DNA of 64,000 bases from Mobula hypostoma (lineage: Eukaryota), in assembly GCF_963921235.1 (NCBI RefSeq), contig NC_086097.1, positions 242,360,001-242,424,000 on the forward strand, in the 5' to 3' direction. The translations under genes were made by a program, and so were the position numbers. Below are positions 47,931 through 60,968 of the stretch, one piece after another. Under the pieces are notes generated by a model. The model had not been told where the DNA came from and searched no databases. It saw only the letters and a list, made by a program, of their open reading frames with translations. The number at the start of each line of letters is the position of its first letter. Position 1 is the first letter of the stretch.

Positions 47931-49734
47931 CTCGGTCTGGAGCTGTATGTGTAGGCAAAGCCACCTGTGTGTTGTGAAGCCAAATATTGATCAGAAGAAT
48001 GTAACAGGATAACAAGCTACGCGGGTTGGAGGCTCTTCCCCCTCCAGTGGATGCTCCATGGAAGACGAGCTGGGTTGCGTTCACCTGAGGCTGCGCTGGC
48101 GCGTGATGAGGAACTGCTGGGAGTTCGTTACTGCAGAAACCTGGCTGCAGGACAGCATTCCATCGGTTTTCAGGCCATGAAACTCGGGGACTTGAGCTAA
48201 TATTATTCCCAGTGGCCAAACATTTTAATTCCCATTCCCGTTCTGACCTGTTGGCCCATGGTCTCCTCTTGTGCCACGATGAGGCTACCCTCAGGGTGGA
48301 GGAACAACACCATCTAGGTAGCCTCCAACCTGATGGCATGAGTATCAATTTCTCCACCCGGTAAACAAATTCCCCCCCCCCATTCCCCACTCTGACCTTT
48401 TACCTCTTCTCACCTGCCTGTCACTTCCTCCTGGGTCACCCCCCCCTTCCCTTTCTCCTGTTGTCCACTCTCCTCTCCTTTCAGATTCCTCCTCCTTCAA
48501 GCCTTTGAACCTTCCCACCCGCGTGGCTTCACCTGTCACCTTCCAGCTAGTCTCTTCCCTTCCCCTCACCTTTTCATTTTGGCATCTTCCCCCTTCCTGC
48601 TCAGTCCTGAGGAAGGGTCTTGGCCCAAAACATCGACTAAATCTTCATTTCCACAGATGCTGGCTGACCTGCTGAGTTCCTCTGGAATTTTGTTTGTGTT
48701 GCTTCGGGTTTCCAGCATCTTCGGACTTTCTCATCTTTATTATTATTATTTATTTTTTGTGACGGTATGCACTGTTATAACTGTATGTGCAGTGTGCAAC
48801 TGCACGTGCTGTGTCAGATACAATGCCGATTAGGCCCTCCTGGCCTTTGAAGCCACGTTACCCAGCAATCCCCGATTTAACCCTATCCAAATCATGGGAC
48901 AGTTTACAAAGACCAATTAGCCTGCCAACTGGTCAAGTTTGGACACTGGGAGGAAACCCAGGTGGTCACTGGGAGAACGTGCCAACTTCTTCGAGACAGC
49001 AGCGGGAATTGAACCAGGGTCACTGGTAACTGTAAAGCATTGTGCCATTTTGCACCTTTACTCCAGAGGGAGGCGGTTTCATTTAGCCGTTAGGTTGAAT
49101 GACAATTGATCTTGAACTTGATCAGAAAGGAATTGCTGAGCTCGAGCTCTGACTTGTTTAGATTGTCAACGGTAATCAGAGCATGTCAAAAAGAAATGCA
49201 AGTATGTAATTATTCAAATATAGTGCAGGCATCAGGTTGAATGTTGGCATGTGATTGTAATGTTCTGACGTTAATCAAAGCTGTTAGCTTTGTATCAAAA
49301 TTATCAGCGGGTGTGGATCCAGTGCAGCTTCGTGCAAATATTGATTGGTGCAAGGGAAGTTAGCAGCACAAGGAAAAAGAACAGGAGTTGGCCATCGGGT
49401 CCTTGGCCCTTCCACTGTCACTCGTTATGCTCATGGCTGCCATTCAACCTCACCAGCTTGTACTTCATACAAGATCATAAAACATCGGGGCAAAATTAGG
49501 CTATTCAGCTCCCTGAGTCTGTTCCATCGTGACTGATTTATTATCCCTCTCAACCCCATTCTTCTGCCTTCTCCCCGTAACCTTTGGCATCCTTACTAAT
49601 CAAGAACCTACAAACCTCAGAGTCAGAATCAGGTTTGATATTACCGGCAGATGTCATGAAATTTGTTGTTCTTGGAACAGCAGTACAATGTAATACATAA
49701 TAATAAAAACTGTGAATATAATAGTTAAATTAAA

Positions 49735-50228
49735 TTAGATTATTAGATTATGAGGACACACAGTCCTCTTTTATTGTCATTTAGTAATGCATGCATCAAG
49801 AAATGATACAATATTCCTCCGGTGTGATATCACAGAAACACAGGACAGACCAAGACTGAAAAACTAGCAAAACCACATAATTATAACATACAGTTACAAT
49901 AGTGCAACAATACCATAACTTGATGAAGAACAGTACACGGCACAGTAAAAAAAGATCAAAGTTTCTCGAAAGTCCCACATCTCACGCAGACGGGAGAAGG
50001 AAGAAAAACTCTGCCTGCCATGCCCGACCACAGTCCGACTCTGAGTCGTCCAAAAACTTCGAGCTCTGATCAGCCCTCCGACACCGAGTACTGAGCGCCA
50101 TCTCTGCCGAACGGTTCGACCTCAGCCTCGGTCGCCAGCAGCAGGCAAAGCTGGGGATTTTGGGGCCTACCCTCAGGAGATTCTCGATTGCGCAGTAGCA
50201 ACAGCGGCGAACCAGGCATTTCAGAAAT
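49735..50228 (-). mobile_element. ~600-bp retroposon family, 5'-truncated copy inside a Rex1 tail
   Basis: Near-identical to 31978-32460; host aattaaat|..|agtgcaaaaaaagtagtgaggtagtg resumes after it. Confidence 0.85.
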
Positions 50229-52541
50229 AGTGCAAAAAAAGTAGTGAGGTAGTGTTCATGGGTTCAGTGTCCATTCAGGAATCAAATGACAGAGGAGAAG
50301 AAGCTTGTTTCTTCTTAATATGTGTTATGTTCTTTCTCTGCTTTAAGTATACCCTGTGACTGAGCCAATGCAGCTATGGCAAAGAATTCCACAGATTCAC
50401 AACCCTCTAGCTAAAATTGCTTGATTATTACTTAATATCCAGAAATCTATTGATTTCTGTTTTGAACTCTTAAATGTCCCTCATGTATTTCCTCTTCCAC
50501 CGCCCCTAGCCGCACATTCCACACACTCACTGCTCTCTGTTTCAAAACCTCCCTCTGCCACCACCTCCCCCCATCCCCCCAATACTTTCTTTACAAATGT
50601 ATACCTGGGTTCAGTGGGCAGACTTTCAGCCTGATAGCCCAGAAACACTCGAGATTGTGCAGATGCTGGAAACCTTGAGCAACACACACAGAGAATACTG
50701 GGGAACCTCAGTAGGTCAGGTAAAATCAGAAGAGCGTTTGACAGCTCGCGGCTTGTGTTCACTAGAGTTCAAGAGAATGAGGGGTGACCTCAATGAAACC
50801 ATCAGAGAGTGAAAGGCTTTGTTAGAATGATGGGGAGAGGATGTTTCCTATGGTGGGAGAGTTAAGACCAGAGAGGACAGCTTCAGAATAGAGAGGCGTC
50901 CTTATAGAGTGGAGATGAGGAGGAATTTCTTTAGCCAGAGGGTGATGAATCTGTGGACTTCTTTGCCACAGGCAGCTGTGGAGGCCAAGTCTTCATGTGT
51001 ATTTAAGGCAGAGGTTGATAGATTCTTGATTGGTCTGGGCATGAAGGGATACGGGGAGAAGGCAGGAGATTGGGGCTGGGGCCGAGAGGAAAATTGGATC
51101 AGCCAAGCAGAAGGAGACTTGATGGGCCAAATGGCCTAATCCTGCTCCTATATCTCATGGTCTTCTGGTCATTCAACATCTCGGGCCAAAACCCTTCATC
51201 AGGACTGGAAAGAAAGTGGGGAAGAAGTGCGGGAATCCTCTGGTCTAGCACGGGGCAACAGGATGGGGCCTGAATCCTGCATCAGCACTTGGGCTAAGCC
51301 TTGAGGGTTCGACTAACCGTAGATGTTTGGCAGATGTGGCTGGCGCCAGGGCGGGAGCTGTGAATCTAGTCTGATTGGTCTGTCCTGTCGGGAAAAGACA
51401 GAACTGTTTGGATTGTCATTGGATTTCCTGCTGCTCTCGACTCAGCAAAGTGAAACATCCTGCTCTTTTGGCAAGCAAAATCTTGCGTGCACATTTGACC
51501 TTCAGAACTGCCTCTCTGAGGTGTGTGCTTAAACTCGGCTAAAGCCCAATGTCAGTGTGATCCTAAGAGAAATGTTAGTCGATAAATAACTTACAAAGAG
51601 GTATAGCAGATTAGCTCTGTTTGTCACACGTACATTGAAACATGCAGTGGACTTTGTCAATGTGCGTCATTGACCAATGCAGTCTGAGGGGTTTTTAAAT
51701 ACATTAAAATACATATGGGATGGCCCTGTAGCGTAGTGGTGAGCACAATGCTCTGCAGTACAGGTGACCCAGGTTCAATAAACACAAAATAATCTGCAGA
51801 TGCTGGGATCAAAGCAACACTGACAGCACGCTGGAGGAACTCAGCAGGTCAGGCAGCATGTTTCCATGTTTCCACTGATGCTGCCCAGCCCGCTGAGTTC
51901 CTCCAGCGTGCTGTGAGTGTTGCTTTGACCCAGGTTCAATTCCAGCTGCTGCCTGCAGGGAGTTTGCACGTTCTCCCTCTGAACATCTGGTTTCCTCGGG
52001 GTGCTCCAGTATCCTTCCACAGTCCAAAGACGTTCCAGTTAGTAGGTCAGTTGGCCATTATGAATTGTCCCGTGATGAGGCGAGCATTAAATTGGGGGGG
52101 TTGCTAGGTTGCGTGGCTCGAAGGGCCAGAGGGGTCTACTCTGCTGCAAAGTGCTGGAGGAACTGAACAGGCCAGGCAGCTGCCTCATCTGCTGAGTTCC
52201 TCCAGTATTCTGTGTGTGTTGCGTGCATTTCCAGCACCTGCAGATTTTCTCATCTTTGCCCTACTCCACACCGTATCTCAGTATTCAAAAAAACTTTATT
52301 CATAATGAAAAAACTCAAGAATAAATGGTACAAATCCTTTTTCATTCTGTGTTCTGTAGACTGTGTGTTAAGTGGTGTTCTATAATAACCAATAGTGCTG
52401 TTGCCACTGGTGATTCCCGAAGGTTTACACTATTACAGTGATCTTGAGGATAGGGTGCAGAGTAGGCACCCCTGTCCCTTTGAGTCCCGATGCTCCAGCA
52501 ATCCCGATTCAGCCCGAACCTAATCAGGGGACAATTTATAA

Positions 52542-53276
52542 CAGCGGTCCCCAACCACCGGGCCACAAGGCATGTGCTACCGGGCCGCGAGGAAACGATA
52601 TGAGTCAGCTGCACCTTTCCTCATTCCCTGTCACGCACTGTTGAACTTGAACATAGGGTTGCCAACTGTCCCGTATTTGCCAGGACATCCCGTATATCGG
52701 GCTAAATTGGTTTGTCCCATACGGGACAGCCCGTATTTCCCCTGCAAAAGTAGAGCGTTCCTGTGAAACCTTTCATGCCGAAATGGCGTGAAGTGAAGAA
52801 CCAATTACGATTAATTTATATGGGGAAAAAATTTGAGCGTTCCCAGACCCAAAAAATAACCTAACAAATCATAATAAAACCGAAAATAAATAACACTAAC
52901 TATAGTAAAAGCAAGAATGATATGATAAATACACAGCCTATATAAAGTAGAAATAACGTATGTGCAGTATAGTCGGGAAGATGAAGGCAAAACCGATTTG
53001 TGGGGAAAAAAATCGGCACGTACGTGCATGCACGCGCAGGTGCCCACGCAAGGCTTCATGGTCATGGTAGTCTTCCCTGGGGTAAAGTGTCCCGGGATTT
53101 GACTGCTACCTTTGTCCCTTATTTGGGAGTGAGAAAGTTGGCAACCCTAACTGTAGAAGACATGTTGAGGTGAGTTTAACCCTACTTGACCCCGCCCCCC
53201 CCATCGGTCAGCCGGTCCACAAGAATATTGTCAATATTAAACCGGTCCGCGGTGCAAAAAAGGTTGGGGACCCCTG
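52542..53276. mobile_element. hAT (Charlie-like) composite MITE, copy 2, perfect 8-bp TSD
   Basis: atttataa|cagcggtccccaacc ... ggttggggacccctg|atttataa (52534-52541, 53277-53284); inserted in a - strand V-SINE. Confidence 0.95.
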
Positions 53277-53854
53277 ATTTATAATGACCAATTAACCCAC
53301 CTACTGGTATGTTGTGGTGTGTGGGTGGAAACCAGAGCACTCGGAGAAAACCCACACAGGGAGGAGGTCCATATAGCTGACGTCAGAATTGAATTCCAAA
53401 CTCCGATGCCCCAAGCTGTATAACTGGGGGAGGCTTCCTCACCCAACCTGTCCTGCAGCGGAAGAACCCTATTCGGTGGTCCTTCCCCACACAGTCCGGG
53501 GATTGATTGTGCTGGGCAGTCGGCAAGTGTCATTGGCTTCTGGCACCAATGCAGCATGCCCAAAACTCGCCAACCCCGACCTGCCACCTTTGGAATGTGG
53601 GAGGAAGCTGGAGAGCCCGGAGGAATCCAGTGCATTCACGGGGAGAATGTACAAACTCCCTACAGTCAGCGGAGGGAATTAAGCCCAGATTGGAGATCGC
53701 TGATGCTGTAAGGCCTTGGACTAACTGCGATGCTACCCTGCAATGATGCCCAATAGTACCCTCTGGAATTGTTCAAAAGATTTACGTAGTATGGCTGATA
53801 ATGTGACAATTTTCATTATGGTAAAGGTGTCAATTTGTGCTCTGCACATTTCAG

Positions 53855-54013
53855 TTGCCCAATGGTGTGTCGTATCATACAGCCACGCATCAGGACAGGC
53901 AGGGGAAACTGCAAGAGCACCTCCGCCAGCTGTCTGTTCTCTTCCGGAAGTTGAGACTGGTCTATGACAAATGCAACGAGAACTGTGCCGGCTTAGATCC
54001 TGTCCCAATGGAG
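53855..54013 (+). CDS. MED30: Mediator complex subunit 30, second coding exon (159 nt, 53 codons)
   Basis: Acceptor tctgcacatttcAG, then LPNGVSYHTATHQDRQGKLQEHLRQLSVLFRKLRLVYDKCNENCAGLDPVPME, then donor GAG|GTAAG. Continues the first coding exon in frame (..RNMQ|LPNGV..), as in vertebrate MED30. Confidence 0.96.
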
Positions 54014-54135
54014 GTAAGACGCAAGTGATGAGGGGAGGTGGGGGTGGGGTGGTCCCAAAGCATGCCAACAAGATTAGATTTTAAAATTACTTACTGCTTG
54101 TTATGTTGTATGCATTTAGGGCAGCAGTGAAGGTC

Positions 54136-54140
<5 letters not shown>

Positions 54141-54169
<29 letters not shown>
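54141..54169 (+). repeat. (TC)n microsatellite
   Basis: About 14 TC units. Confidence 0.9.
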
Positions 54170-54172
<3 letters not shown>

Positions 54173-54921
54173 ACCATACTGTCACTCACACTTGTAGAGG
54201 AATTCTTCATGGCTGTTTCTGTAACAGTTTTGTTTTACCAGACAGGGTTGTTAGCCCTGAGGTGAACCCCTGAACCTGGAGGACCGGTGGACCACTCTGA
54301 GTCTGGCCTCTGCCCTTTGACCTGTTTGGCATGGGTGACCCTACCAAAAGCCAAAGCACAAAGCCCTGACTCCAGCCAGCGTAGCCCTCCGGGTCACTGA
54401 GGCACGCAAGCCTCCAAACCACGACTAGGTTGTAGACTGCCTGGAGGATTTTAAAATTAAGTTTTAACTTTTTTTTTGTCAGATGTAGATCAAAACATTG
54501 AAACATACAGTGAAATGTGTTGCTTGCATCAGCAGCCTGGAGCCTGAGGGTGTGCTGGGGGCAGCCCACAAGGGTCGCCATTGCTTCCGGTGTCAACATG
54601 GCATGGCCACAACTATGAAGCAAGGGGTACGTGGACTCCCGGTTGGGAACCATTGCCCTAACCTGTGTGTCTTTGAAATTTGGGAGGAGACTGAAGCAAA
54701 CACGCACAGTCATGGGGAGAATATACAAACTCCTTATGGACAGTGGTGGGAATTGAACCCTGATCGCTGGTTCTTCAAAATGCTGAGCTAACTAAGCTCT
54801 CCTCGACCGTGCTGCCCTTGTAGGAATAATATAGAGATATAGGAACAATATAGGGTGGAGCACCCCCTCATATTGCTTCCTTCTAATCATCCCTTGTTCC
54901 AAACGAACGTGAGATTCAGAT

Positions 54922-56690
54922 AGCACACACGAAATGTTGGAGGAACTCAGCAGGCCAGGCAGCATCTATGGGGGAAAAGTGCAGTCGACGTCTCGGGCCG
55001 AGACCCTTCAGCAGGACAGGAGAAGGAAGGGTGAGGAGTCAGAGTTAGGGAGGGGAGGGAGAAACACAAGGTGATGGGTGAAACCGGGAAGGGGAGAGGA
55101 GGGGTGAAAGTTGACTGGTGAAAGAGATACAGGGCTGGAGAAGGGGGAGTCTGATAGAGGACAGAAGGCCATGGAAGATAGAAAAAGGGGAAGGAGAACC
55201 AGAGGGAGGCGATGGACAGGCAAGGAGATAAGGTGAGAGAGGGAAAAATGGATGGGGAATGGTGAAGTGGGAGGGGGTGGCATTCCCGGAAGTTTGAAAA
55301 ATCGAAGTTCCTGCTGTCAAGTTAGAGGCTACCCAGATGGAATATAAGGTGTAGCTCCTCCAATCTGAGTGTGGCCTCATCATGACAGTGGAGGAGGCCA
55401 TGGACTGACATGTCGGAATGGGAAGTGGAATTAAAATGGGTGGGCGCTGGGAGATCCCACTTTTTCTGGTGGAGGGAGTGTAGGTGCTTGGCGAAGCAGT
55501 CTCCCAATCTATGTTGGGTCACACCAATAAACAAGAGGCCCACCAGGAGCACTGGTTACAATAGATGACCCCAGCAGACTCACAGGTGAAGTGTCACCTC
55601 ACCTGGAAGGACTGTTTGGGGCCTGGAATGGTAGTGAGGGAGGAGGTGTAGCACTTGTTCTGCTTGCAAGGATAAGTTCCAGGAGGGAGATCAGTGTGTG
55701 GGGGGGGGGGATGAATGGACAAGGGAGTAATCCCTATAGAAAGTGGTGAGGGAGGTTGTGGAGTCCCATTGGAGATGGCAGAAGTTATGGAGCATTATGT
55801 GCTGGATGTTGGAGGCTGGTGGGGTAGTGGGTGAGGACAAGAGGAACCCTATCCCTGGTGGGGTGGCAGGAGAATGGGTCGAGGACAGACTTGTGTGAAA
55901 TGGAAGAGGTGCGGTTGAGGGAAGTGTTGATGGTGGAGAAAGGGAAGCCTCTTTCCTTGAAGAAAGAGGACATCTCCTTTGTTCTGGAATGAAAAGCCTC
56001 ATCATGAGAGCAGGTGGAGGAATTGAGAGAATGGGATGGCATTTTTACGAGTAACCGGGTGGGAAGGGATATAGTCCAGGTAGCTGTGAGAGTCCGTGGG
56101 TTTATAATGGACATCAGTGGATAAGCTGTCTCCAGAGATAGAGGCAGAGGTCGAGAAAGGGGAGGGAAGTGTCAGAAATGGACCAGGTGAATTTGAGGGC
56201 AGGGTGGAAGTAAGCGGCAAAGTTGATGAAGTCGACGAGCTCTGCATGGGTGCAGGAAGCAGCACCAATGCAGTCATCGATGTAGCGCAGGAAAAGTGGG
56301 TGCGTGACACCAGTCCCAGTGGGAACTTGGACTGTTCCATGTAGCCGATAAGCGGGCAGGCGTGGCTGGGGTCCATGCGAGTACCCGTGCCTGCACCTTT
56401 TGTTTGAAGGAAGTGGGAGCAGCCAAAAGAGAAATCTTTAAGAGTGAAGACAAGTTCCGCTAAACAGAGGAGAGAGGTGGTGAAGCGAAACTGACTGGGT
56501 CTGGTGTCCAGTTTTGAGGCCTTCCTGGTGGTGGATGGAGGTGTATAGGGACATCCATGGTGAAAATAAGGTGCTCGGGGCCAGGGAACTTGAAATCATT
56601 GAAAAGATCTAGAGCATCTGAGCATAATGGATGTCAGTAGGAAGGGACTGAACCGGGGTGGGGGTGGGGGGGATAAAACTGAGTCGAGGT
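54922..56690 (-). mobile_element. Penelope-like retroelement: RT, GIY-YIG endonuclease and terminal repeat, frameshifted
   Basis: SGDSLSTDVHYKPTDSHSYLDY.PSHP..KNAIPFSQFL (56002-56376); FKERGFP (55785-56114); IGVTQHRLGDCFAKHL..HFNSTSHS..LIFHLGSL (55322-55552). Confidence 0.92.
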
Positions 56691-57520
56691 ATGTATGTGT
56701 CTCTGAAATTCAGAGAGACAATTGATTCTGCAGATGCTGGAAATTTTGAACAGTGCACACAAAATGCTGGAGCAACACATGCAAAATTCTGCCTGGGTCA
56801 GCACAGTGGTGTAATGCTATTGCTGTGTATGTGACCTGGGCTCAGTTCCCACTACTGACTGTAAGGATTTGTGGTCGTGTAGGTTTCCTCCCAAATTTCA
56901 ATGATGATGGGGTTCTAGGTGAATTGGTCACATGGTGTAATTGGGCAGCACAGGCACGTTGGGCCCTGTTACCGTGTTATATCTCTAAAGAATGGAAAAT
57001 CAGCAGGGCAACATCCTCCACGGATGCTGCCTGACCTGCTGAGTTCCTCCAGCATTTTGTGTGCATTGGACACGAAATTCCTAAATCTGCCTATGGTGAT
57101 AAACCACACGTTTAAAATTCCAGCGTTTAATTTGTACAAGGAGCGTGCTTGATCCACTGTTGGTCACATTCTGGTAGTAATCCCTGCAAAGCAGCCTTCG
57201 TGATTAATCAAGCTGGTGAATTATTGTCCCAGTCCTCAAGATAGCAGAAGTGGGGCTGCATTTTATGTGCACCTGTATCTGACGTGAGCAGAAACCCAAA
57301 GCGGTTGGATTTGCAGATTCAGAAATTCAGTTTATGTTTAATTTGTCCATTGTTTTTATTTATGTATACTTCATTCATCATTTTTTAAGTCATGTATACT
57401 GTGGATACCACTGAATTCGGACACATCGAGACCAATGCATTTTGGTCTAGTTAAGCGGCTGCCACAATTAACCGAAGCTTCATGGAAACGTATAAAAAAG
57501 ACAATCTACTGTTTAACTGA

Positions 57521-57614
57521 ACGAATAAACTCTTCTTGGGCTTCCAGCCGGGTACAGGTATCGATTATAAACGACGTCTCGATGACAAACTCTGCCATCT
57601 TCATTAGAGATACG
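57521..57614 (-). mobile_element. 94-bp Penelope-like insertion of a second family, with a decayed hammerhead and 10-bp TSD
   Basis: gtttaactga at 57511-57520 and 57615-57624; - strand CUAAUGA-A-GAUGGCA-GAGUU-UGUCAUC-GAGAC-GUC. Confidence 0.65.
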
Positions 57615-58094
57615 GTTTAACTGAGTAACAAATGATGTATTTATATGAAATACAGGACAAATTAGAGCACTACCAATACTACTACAGGACTATAAAACTG
57701 TATTTTATTCCAGAATCAGAATCAGAATCAGGTTTATTATCACCGGCATGTGACATGAAATTTGTTAACTTAGCAGCAGCAGTTCAATGCAATACATAAT
57801 CTAACAAAGAAAAATAATAATAAATAATAGTAAATAAACAAGTAAATCAATTACATATATTGAATAGATTACAAAAAAATGTGCAGAAACAGAAATACTG
57901 TATATTTTTTTTATATAAGTGAGGTAGTGTCCAAAGTTTCAATGTCCATTTAGGAATCAGATAGCAGAGAGGAAGAAGCTGTTCCTGAATTGCCGAGTGT
58001 GTGCCTTCAGGCTTCTGTACCTCCTGACTGATGGAATTAATCCAGTGTAAATGGACTGGCTAATTTTGTTCATTTACAGTCAATCAGAAGAACA

Positions 58095-58560
58095 CGGCAG
58101 GTGTTGGCTGTCCATCATTTCAGGCGATGACAGTGTGTGGCAGTTCCTCTAATTCAACCTTGGAAGTCCGGGTCCAGTGATACGAACAAACGTCACAAAC
58201 TGGGGGCTTCCCTGCTTGCTGTGGATGTCCGTGACTTATTTGATGCCTCGTCCTGCCCTTCGCTCTCCCTGGAGCGCCGCGGAGCCGTCTTTCTGGCCAT
58301 GGGATCTCACTGTCGATCTCATCTGCCCAGACCACTGGAGCTGACTACGCGTGCTAGGACAGGCATGTCCCTATCTCACCGGGGTATGAGGCCCAATGGC
58401 TACCCTCACCTGGTTTAGCCCACCTATTGAAGTGGTGTACCGGGGTGTGGCCGCTCTGGCGAGCAAACAAGCCGTACTTGGAGCCACATGTGAGAGCTGA
58501 GTGTCTATTGGGGACTGAATGTGAGTGAACTGCCCCAGAATGGACACAACAAGCCCCTTC
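58095..58560 (-). mobile_element. RTE-like 5' UTR-derived element inside the Tigger
   Basis: The - strand reads cggccacaccccggtacacc..gggctaaaccaggtgagggtagcca..tcataccccggtgag, resembling RTE 5' regions. Confidence 0.5.
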
Positions 58561-59018
58561 AATAAAGCTGCTACCCCTCCCTGGGCACTCCAGATATACT
58601 GTATTCTTCAAGTAAACATCGAGATTTGACTGCCTTTTCTTAAGTTTCCTCTCATGAAGCAGTTCTCGGTAGCAGGGAATCATGTCGAGAACACCTCTCT
58701 TTGTCTTATTGCTTCGCTCCCAGTCAGGGTCATTATCGATCGGCTGGTCCATGATTTGAGTGATCGTGGTGATGCCAGTGCTGAGGAATTTTGTGCTGAG
58801 GTTTCTTGCTGGTATTTCCTCTTCTCCATCCGTGTCCTCATGCATTATTCTGCCAATTCTCGAAGCACCTTCGCCGAAATGTCGACTGTACCTCTTCCTA
58901 GAGATGCTGCCTGGCCTGCTGCGTTCACCAGCAACTTTGATGTGTGTTGCTTGAATTTCCAGTATCTGCAGAATTCCTGGTGTTCACATCCATGCTAATG
59001 CTTTTCCCAGCTATCTTA

Positions 59019-60965
59019 GGCTACGTCCACACTACGCCAGATAATTTTGAAAACGAAGCTTTTTCTCTTCGTTTTGACCCTCCGACTCTCCAGAGTGTGT
59101 AAATTTGAAAACGATTGTTGTGCGTTGTAGTGTGGACGGGGTAAACGGAGATTTTTAAAAACGCTGTCATGACAACACCACAACAATGCTTTTCCTGCTT
59201 CCGCTTGGTACTGCGTGAGCACTGCCGGACGCGCAGTCGGTGTGAACGGCGTAAGAGTTAAATTGTAAAGTGAGCTCTTTTGACTATTTAAAAACGCTGT
59301 CATGACGTGACGGAACAGCGCGGCATTTCATTGCACCATCTCGGATCGCGAGACCCTGCAGCGGAGAGTGAGGTCAGCTGAGAAGATCATCGGGGTCTCT
59401 CTTCCCGCCATCACAGACATTTCTTCCCGCCATCACAGACATTTACACCACACGCTGCATCCGCAAAGCAAACAGCATTATGAAGGACCCCACGCGCCCC
59501 TTGTATAAACTCTTCTCGCTCCTGCCATCTGGAAAAAGGTATTCGGGCTCTCACAACCATACTATGTAACAGTTCCTTCCCCCAAGCCATCAGACTGCTC
59601 GATACTCAGAGCCTGGACTGACAGCAACCTACCGTATCCTCTACTGTGACTACTGTTTTATGCACTTTATGCAGTCCTGGATAGGTCTGTAGTCTAGTGT
59701 AGTTTTTGTGTTTTTTCTTACATAGTTCAGTGTAGTTTTTGTATTGCTTCATGTAGCACCATGATCCTGGAAAACATTGTCTCATTTTTACTGTGTTCTG
59801 TACCAGCAGTTATGGTTGAAATGACAATAAAAAGTGACTTGACTTGATTTGACATTGTTTTCTTGAACACAACCCCCCACACAACCTAATAGTTTCAGAA
59901 CAGACAGCAACGAGACTGAAGCCAGAAGAGTTAGAAATGTACTCACCAAATACTTTGACCCATTGCTTACTGAATAAATAAGTATACTCAGTTTGCTCTG
60001 TTTTCTGTCCTTGCTTGTATGAAGGTGGTTTACCTATTTATACAAGTACTTCTCTGACAATAGATGTGTAACAGCCTAATGTATGGGTGACAGACACCAA
60101 CAGAATCAACAAACTCATTCGTAAGGCCAGTGATGTTGTGGGGATGGAACTGGATTCTCTGACGGTGGTGTCTGAAAAGAGGATGCTGTCTAAGTTGCAT
60201 GCCATCTTGGACAATGTCTCCCATCCACTATATAATGTACTGGGTGGGCACAGGAGTACATTCAGCCAGAGACTCATTCCACCGAGATGCAGCACTGAGC
60301 ATCATAGGAAGTCATTTCTGCCTGTGGCTATCAAACTTTACAACTCCTCCCTTGGAGGGTCAGACACCCTGAGCCAATAGGCTGGTCCTGGACTTATTTC
60401 ATATTTCCTGGCATAAGTTACATATTACTATTTAACTATTTATGGTTCTATTACTGTTTATTATTTATGGTGCAACTGTAACGAAAACCAGTTTCCCCCT
60501 GGGATCAATAAAGTGTGACTATGACTATGTAACATTGTCTGGAAATACAAGATAACACTGATGCAGACATGTTTTATACATTTAACAAAGTGCTTTATTA
60601 ATGCAACAGAGTTACTCAGTTTTTTCAATGTTCGTCATCAGCCGGGTCATACTGTCTGTGAACTCACTGTCAGTTGCCTCCATACGCTCCAGTATTTTTT
60701 TTTAGTTTTAAGTCCTCCTGCGCAAGAGCCAACAGCAATTCCTTTAAAGTTTTTCTAGTCTGTAACTGGGCAAACGCGCACCAAGTATACCGTTTCCTCT
60801 TCGCTTGTTTTCTGTGTGTCCTGCGCATGCCCAGTAGGAGGAGATTCGCCCAAATATCCGTCTAATGTGGACGGAGATATTTTGAAAAACGCTTGGTGTG
60901 GACGCCTGCCGATTTTACTCAAAACCGGCAATTTCAAAATTATCCGGTCTAGTGTGGACGTAGCC
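59019..60965. mobile_element. PIF/Harbinger MITE with TTA TSD, containing two LINE 3' fragments (about 59330-59850 and 60087-60530)
   Basis: TTA|ggctacgtccacacta..ataattttgaaa ... tttcaaaattat..tagtgtggacgtagcc|TTA. Confidence 0.93.
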
Positions 60966-60968
60966 TTA

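Larger units (their letters stand above)
21801..53854 (+). other. MED30: MED30 intron, 32,054 bp, GT-AG, phase 0, mostly transposon-derived
   Basis: Lies between the two exons above; the joined protein is colinear with no missing residues. Confidence 0.9.
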
